64,000 nt of DNA from an uncultured Fibrobacteria bacterium (GTDB lineage Bacteria > Fibrobacterota > Fibrobacteria > UBA11236): contig OY970309.1 of assembly GCA_963716395.1 (NCBI GenBank), positions 672,001 to 736,000 of the forward strand, in the 5' to 3' direction. The notes under the pieces were generated by a model. The model saw only the letters and a list, made by a program, of their open reading frames with translations. It searched no databases and was not told where the DNA came from. This document shows, piece by piece, positions 59,708 through 64,000 of this stretch; position 1 is the stretch's first letter; the number at the start of each line of letters is the position of its first letter. The position numbers were made by a program, and so were the translations under genes.

Positions 59708-60656
59708 GGCGCATTCCCGCGCTGTCGCGGCTGCCGGTCCAGCCGAGCTTGGTGCGCAGCGATTCGAAATACGAACCGCTGTGGGGACGGATGATGCGCA
59801 GGCCTTCGGGATGCTTGCGCAACAGCACCACGTCGCCGGGAGCGACCCGTTCGCGGTGGCGGCCGTCGACGTACAGATTCACGGTTTTGTCCTTGGGCAT
59901 GACGCTGCGCACTTCGATTTCCATGAAGTCGGGCAGCACCAAAGGCCGCACCGACAGCGAGGCCGGATTCATGGGCGTGAGCAGGAGCGATTGCCCCGAC
60001 GGGTGGACGATGGGCCCGCCGGCCGAAAGCGAATACGCGGTCGAACCCGTGGGCGTGGAGATGAGCAGGCCGTCGACGCGGTATTCGGTGAGAAAGCGCG
60101 CGCTGGCCGTCACCGCCAATTCCACCATTTGATGGCCCATCACGCCGGTGAAGGCGGCCTCGTTGAGCGCGATATCGCGCCACAGACACTTGGCCCCGCG
60201 CCGCCCCGGGCCCGCCGGGCGCCAATGCTCGATGTGGAGCAGCATGCGGCGGCGCAGGGTGTAATCGCGGCGCAGCAACTCTTCGAGAATGGGGCGCAGA
60301 TTGGCCAAGGTGGCGTCGGCCAGAAATCCCACCCGTCCCAGGTTCACGCCCAAAATGGGAACCTGCTGGCCGCGCACCAGGCGGGCCGCCGACAGAAAGC
60401 TGCCATCGCCGCCCAGCGACAGCAGGGCGTCGACGCGGCGGCCCAAAAAGGCGTCGCCCGCGGGTTTCATATTGCGATCAGCGTAATTTTTTAGATACGC
60501 ATTGAGATGCACGCGCACGTCCGGATGATCGGCGGCGAAGGCACGCACGACGGCCATGGCCGCGTCCATGCGTCCGCGCAAGGCCATCACGCCCAAAACC
60601 CGGATGTCGGAAGTCGGCACGGTGATGGCCGGATCGGCGTCGCGCCTCCGCGTCAT
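59691..60656 (-). CDS. nadK: NAD(+) kinase
   Basis: LGGDGSFL, GVNLGRVGFL, ALNE, DGLLISTPTGSTAYSLSAGGP, VDG, LRTKLGW. Confidence 0.95.
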   Translation of the reverse strand: MTRRRDADPAITVPTSDIRVLGVMALRGRMDAAMAVVRAFAADHPDVRVHLNAYLKNYADRNMKPAGDAFLGRRVDALLSLGGDGSFLSAARLVRGQQVPILGVNLGRVGFLADATLANLRPILEELLRRDYTLRRRMLLHIEHWRPAGPGRRGAKCLWRDIALNEAAFTGVMGHQMVELAVTASARFLTEYRVDGLLISTPTGSTAYSLSAGGPIVHPSGQSLLLTPMNPASLSVRPLVLPDFMEIEVRSVMPKDKTVNLYVDGRHRERVAPGDVVLLRKHPEGLRIIRPHSGSYFESLRTKLGWTGSRDSAGMRHAQKP

Positions 60657-62044
60657 GAATTTTTCTCTCCCCCCGCCAGGGTTTCGAGCCGCGCCCGCAG
60701 GTCGGGGTAGCGGTTCTCGAACGCTTCCGCCCCCGCCAAGGTCGAGGCGCCGTGCGACTTGAGCCCAAGCACCGCGCAGGCCGCGGCCAACCCCGCATGG
60801 CCCAGAGCGTCGTAGGCGCCGCCGTCGAACTCATGTTTGCCGCGGATCACCAGGCCGTCTTCGAACTCGCCGATTTCGACGCCCGCGCGCTTGAGCGCGG
60901 CCACGAACTCTTTGAGCCGATCCACCGGGCCTCCGCGCAGAAAATCCAAATCGCGGAACACCGATTCGCCCTGCGCCAGGGCCGCGGCCGCCAGCAGCAG
61001 ATAGGCTTCGTCGTGGCCGTCGGCCAGGGTCTCGGCGTCGAAACGCTTGCCGAACAAATCCGCCGCGCGCACCCGTAACGTTCCCGTGACTTCGCCCCGG
61101 CGCTCGCGCCGCTGGAGTACTTCGAGGTCGGCCCCCATGCGCCGCAAGGCCGCGAAGATGGCTCCGCGGCCGGTATGGAGCAGAACGTTTTCCAGCAAGA
61201 GATCTGAACCCTTGATCACGGTGGCGGCCAGCGCGGCCACCGCGGCCTCGCCCACATCGCCCGGAAGGGAAAGCGTCGCCGGCGCGGGGTGGCCGGCCGG
61301 CAATTTCAGGCGCGTCACCGGCTCTTTTCCGGCGGCGCGCAATTGGCGCGCCATGCGCCGCGTCAATTCGTCGGCATCTTTGGCATCGTCGCGCTCGATC
61401 CGGGCTTCGAGGCCGAAGTGCGGGAGCAGGGATTCGAGCAAATCGGATCCGGGGCGCTGCAAATGCAATTCCAGGCTTTGGCCGGCGGCCAGGTGATGGA
61501 AGATCAAAACCGTCTTGGCCAAACCATCGTCCCATTTGTGCTCGCAGGGCTGGCAGAAATTCCGGGCCTGGCGATGCAATTCACCGGGCCGAAATTCCGC
61601 CTCGAAATCGGGGTTCGACGCCTCGGGCGGATACAGGGAGGCCAGCAAGGCTTTCACGTCTTCGCCGACTTCGGCGGAATACAAGAACGCAGGACGCAAG
61701 CCGGCACCGCCGCCGATTCCCGCCAGGATTAATGCCGCCAGGTCATGGCTCGCCGTCAACGGTTCGTCGGCCGGATGCCAAGCGCCGCCGCGGATCAACA
61801 GCACGCCGGGGTCGGAAGCGGAGGGTGTGAATCCCACGCCCCAGGATTCCAGCGCCGCGCGGAAAGATTGGAACCACGGGGCTTGGGGCAAATTCCCGAG
61901 GCGCGTTTCCCCCGGGCTCAAAGCTGCCAGGCCCACGGCCAGCAGGGAAAGGTGGGCGTCGCCGGGCAACTCCAAGCTTCCGCGCAAACGCCGGCTGCGG
62001 CGGATTTCCCATACGGTTTTCTCGTCCACCGGCGCCTCGATCAT
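60653..62044 (-). CDS. EPSP synthase (AroA)-like protein with degenerate active site
   Basis: Fold landmarks LRGSLELPGD, LPGD, L..MGA, DE...AALAQG.S, DRL...L...G; syntenic with tyrA; catalytic motifs substituted. Confidence 0.75.
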   Translation of the reverse strand: MIEAPVDEKTVWEIRRSRRLRGSLELPGDAHLSLLAVGLAALSPGETRLGNLPQAPWFQSFRAALESWGVGFTPSASDPGVLLIRGGAWHPADEPLTASHDLAALILAGIGGGAGLRPAFLYSAEVGEDVKALLASLYPPEASNPDFEAEFRPGELHRQARNFCQPCEHKWDDGLAKTVLIFHHLAAGQSLELHLQRPGSDLLESLLPHFGLEARIERDDAKDADELTRRMARQLRAAGKEPVTRLKLPAGHPAPATLSLPGDVGEAAVAALAATVIKGSDLLLENVLLHTGRGAIFAALRRMGADLEVLQRRERRGEVTGTLRVRAADLFGKRFDAETLADGHDEAYLLLAAAALAQGESVFRDLDFLRGGPVDRLKEFVAALKRAGVEIGEFEDGLVIRGKHEFDGGAYDALGHAGLAAACAVLGLKSHGASTLAGAEAFENRYPDLRARLETLAGGEKNS

Positions 62045-62430
62045 GGGCGGTAAGGTACTTTCACGAAGTCATGCTTTCCGTCCGGGAAATCGCGCGTATT
62101 GCGGGTGGCCAGCAAAAGGCCGTGATGCCGGGCCAAGGCCGCCTGCAAGGCATCGGGTAATTTCCAACGGTGTTCGCGCCGCAACGCGGCCGCCAGGTCG
62201 GCGACTTCGAGGGTGATGGGCAAACATTCCCACTCATCGAGAAAAGCCGCCACCACATCCCGCCCGGCCTCGTCTCCCCCGGCCAAGGCTTCGGCGCGGG
62301 TGATGACCGAGATCACCGCCTGACGCCGCGCCCGCACTTCGGCAAGCCAGCGGGTCGCGCTTTTCCACCCGGAAAAGTGATCGATCAGGATGACGGTGTC
62401 GAGCAAATAAAGGGGCTTCACCGATCCCAT
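62041..62430 (-). CDS. vapC: VapC PIN-domain toxin
   Basis: LLDTVILID, SVITRAE, LPDALQAA, ATRNTRDF; GTG at 62421 may be the true start. Confidence 0.9.
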   Translation of the reverse strand: MGSVKPLYLLDTVILIDHFSGWKSATRWLAEVRARRQAVISVITRAEALAGGDEAGRDVVAAFLDEWECLPITLEVADLAAALRREHRWKLPDALQAALARHHGLLLATRNTRDFPDGKHDFVKVPYRP

Positions 62431-62669
62431 TCCGAACGCAGCTTACGCACGTAGGCGAGGGCGTCGACACCCCGTTCTTTCCAGATGCCCGCGGTGGCCT
62501 GCAAGGCCGAGCCCCGGTCCGGAAGCTGCTCGGCATGCGCCCGGTATTCGGCCACGGCCTCGCGCACCATTTCGGCCATGGACTGGCCGCGCCGTTTGCT
62601 CATGGTTTTCATCCAGCGCATATCCTGCGCGGGCAAGGAAATCAAGGTTCGGTTCATGCGGGTCGGCAT
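62418..62669 (-). CDS. vapB: RHH/CopG-type antitoxin
   Basis: RTLISL...SMAEMVREAV RHH; AGIW...YVRKLRSEW; overlaps vapC. Confidence 0.82.
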   Translation of the reverse strand: MPTRMNRTLISLPAQDMRWMKTMSKRRGQSMAEMVREAVAEYRAHAEQLPDRGSALQATAGIWKERGVDALAYVRKLRSEWDR

Positions 62670-62674
62670 GACTT

Positions 62675-62702
62675 CCAATATATCACTCTAGTGATATATT
62701 GG
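62675..62702. promoter_or_regulatory. Palindromic operator of the vapBC promoter
   Basis: CCAATATATCACT-CT-AGTGATATATTGG, perfect 13-bp arms just upstream of vapB. Confidence 0.75.
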
Positions 62703-62719
62703 CAAGCGCCGCGAAAGCT

Positions 62720-63841
62720 TCAGCGCAGTCGCGCCGCATGGTCCGCTTGCGCCAGCAAGCGCAAGGCGGAAGCAGCTTCTTCGCCGGTGCGGAACCCTAG
62801 CATCAGCACGCCCTCTTCGCCTTCGCGCACTTTGAGAATTTCGGCGTCGAGCACATTGACCCGGGCCTGCGCCAGGGGCGACAAAACCGCCAGCAAGGCG
62901 CCGGGCTGGTCCACGAGATCGACCAGAATTTCGGTGAGCGGCGCGGTGAAGCCTTTGCGCGGCGCGGTGAATTTGGCGCGCAGGGCGTTGGCCTCTTGAA
63001 AAAACTGCTCGCCGCCGTCTTTGGAAAGCGAAATCTCCAGCGCTTCGAGTTCGCGGCGAAAGGTGGGCAATATGAATTCGAGATTGCGCCGGTTGGTGCG
63101 CAGAATGGGTTCCCAAACCGCGAAGCTCGAAGCCGCCAGACGGGTCATATCGCGAAAGCCGCCGCCCGCCACCTGCAGCACGCTCGGCCAGGATTCGTCC
63201 GCGCCCACGTAGGCCGCCAGCGCCGTGGAGAGAAGTTGCGGCAGATGCGAGGCCAGGGCCGCGACCAGATCATGGTGTTGCGGATACAACCGCAAGGTGT
63301 GTGCGCCCAATCCCCGGATGAATTCTTCCAGGATTGTCAGCGCGGCTTGCGCCGACTCCGGGGCGTTTTGTTGCGGGCAGACGATCCAGGCGGCGTTCTC
63401 GAACAGATGCCCGTCGCGCGCGCGCAGGCCGGTTTTTTCCGAGCCGGCCATGGGATGCGACCCGATGAAGGTCGCGCCGCATTCGGGCGGAAAAGCGTCT
63501 TCACCCAGGGCGCAAATCGCCTCCTTGGTGCTGCCCACGTCGGCGATTACGGCACCGGCTTTGACCCGCGGCGGGTCGTCGGCAAAGTCGCGCAACAGGC
63601 CGAGAATGTGATCGATGGGCGTGCAGAAAAAAACGAAATCGCTGCGCTCCAGAGCCGCGCGCACCCGATCGTAGCCGAAGCCCTCGTCGATGAGGCCGGC
63701 GTTCAAAGCCTCACGCACCGCCGCGGGACCGGAAATCCCGAGCAGGCGCCAGCCGGGGTAACGCCGGCGTGTCGACTCGGCCAGGGAACCCCCGAGCAAC
63801 CCCAGGCCCACCACGGCCAAAGTGCGCGGCGCCGCGTTCAA
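62720..63841 (-). CDS. tyrA: Prephenate dehydrogenase with C-terminal ACT domain
   Basis: VGLGLLGGS, DVGSTK, HPMAGSE, HD...A..SHLP, GFRDMTRLA, DQPGAL. Confidence 0.93.
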   Translation of the reverse strand: MNAAPRTLAVVGLGLLGGSLAESTRRRYPGWRLLGISGPAAVREALNAGLIDEGFGYDRVRAALERSDFVFFCTPIDHILGLLRDFADDPPRVKAGAVIADVGSTKEAICALGEDAFPPECGATFIGSHPMAGSEKTGLRARDGHLFENAAWIVCPQQNAPESAQAALTILEEFIRGLGAHTLRLYPQHHDLVAALASHLPQLLSTALAAYVGADESWPSVLQVAGGGFRDMTRLAASSFAVWEPILRTNRRNLEFILPTFRRELEALEISLSKDGGEQFFQEANALRAKFTAPRKGFTAPLTEILVDLVDQPGALLAVLSPLAQARVNVLDAEILKVREGEEGVLMLGFRTGEEAASALRLLAQADHAARLR

Positions 63842-64000
63842 CCGGCATCCTCCAGCTTGCGGTGTTCTTCCATGATGCAGGCGAAAATCCGGCGCAGGGC
63901 GTCGTCGGGCAGGGGACCCCGGCCGTGTTGTACCACGTTTTCCAGCACGGCGCGTTCGCGCTGGGGATCATGGATCGGCAATCCCATCTCTTTTTTCAAG
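63838..64000 (-). CDS. Chorismate mutase (AroQ type), partial at the window edge
   Basis: Manual translation LKKEMGLPIHDPQRERAVLE...GPLPDDALRRIF..IMEE; stop overlaps the tyrA TTG. Confidence 0.82.
   Translation of the reverse strand, partial: LKKEMGLPIHDPQRERAVLENVVQHGRGPLPDDALRRIFACIMEEHRKLEDAG

Noticed and set aside
1-64000. CRISPR array, rRNA, transposase, reverse transcriptase or prophage genes
   Set aside because: No regularly spaced repeats or diagnostic motifs were found by eye

Overview
A GC-rich Gram-negative bacterial chromosome segment. Fibrobacterota is a tentative inference, based on the secreted proteins with 'TSI/TSV...DxRGR...GLY' C-terminal tails and on gene content. The first 26 kb is mostly core genes: two small outer-membrane barrels, a type I phosphomannose isomerase, dnaA directly followed by a complete tolQRAB-pal-cpoB cluster, a duplicated-domain PgsA, tldD/pmbA with an ABC exporter, RNase P RNA, an Omp85-like protein, a WcaJ-like priming transferase, a circularly permuted ATP-grasp/alpha-E pair and tRNA-Met. 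From about 26.1 to 41.8 kb lies an accessory carbohydrate region: secreted propeller, ThuA and DUF1080 proteins, and a GH88-like/SDR/Eda/KdgK/MFS/enolase-like/Old Yellow Enzyme cluster with no KduI. The rest holds a carbonic anhydrase, a papain-like peptidase, a metallopeptidase-propeller-barrel protein, a fused GlyQS, decayed antitoxin and ATPase remnants, a GH97, a glycosyltransferase with a Pho-box-like site, and a chorismate mutase-tyrA-vapBC-aroA-like-nadK-recN run. The strongest novelty candidates are the intact but apparently catalytically dead AroA homologue and the KduI-less sugar-acid catabolic cluster. All calls come from reading motifs by eye; no searches were run.
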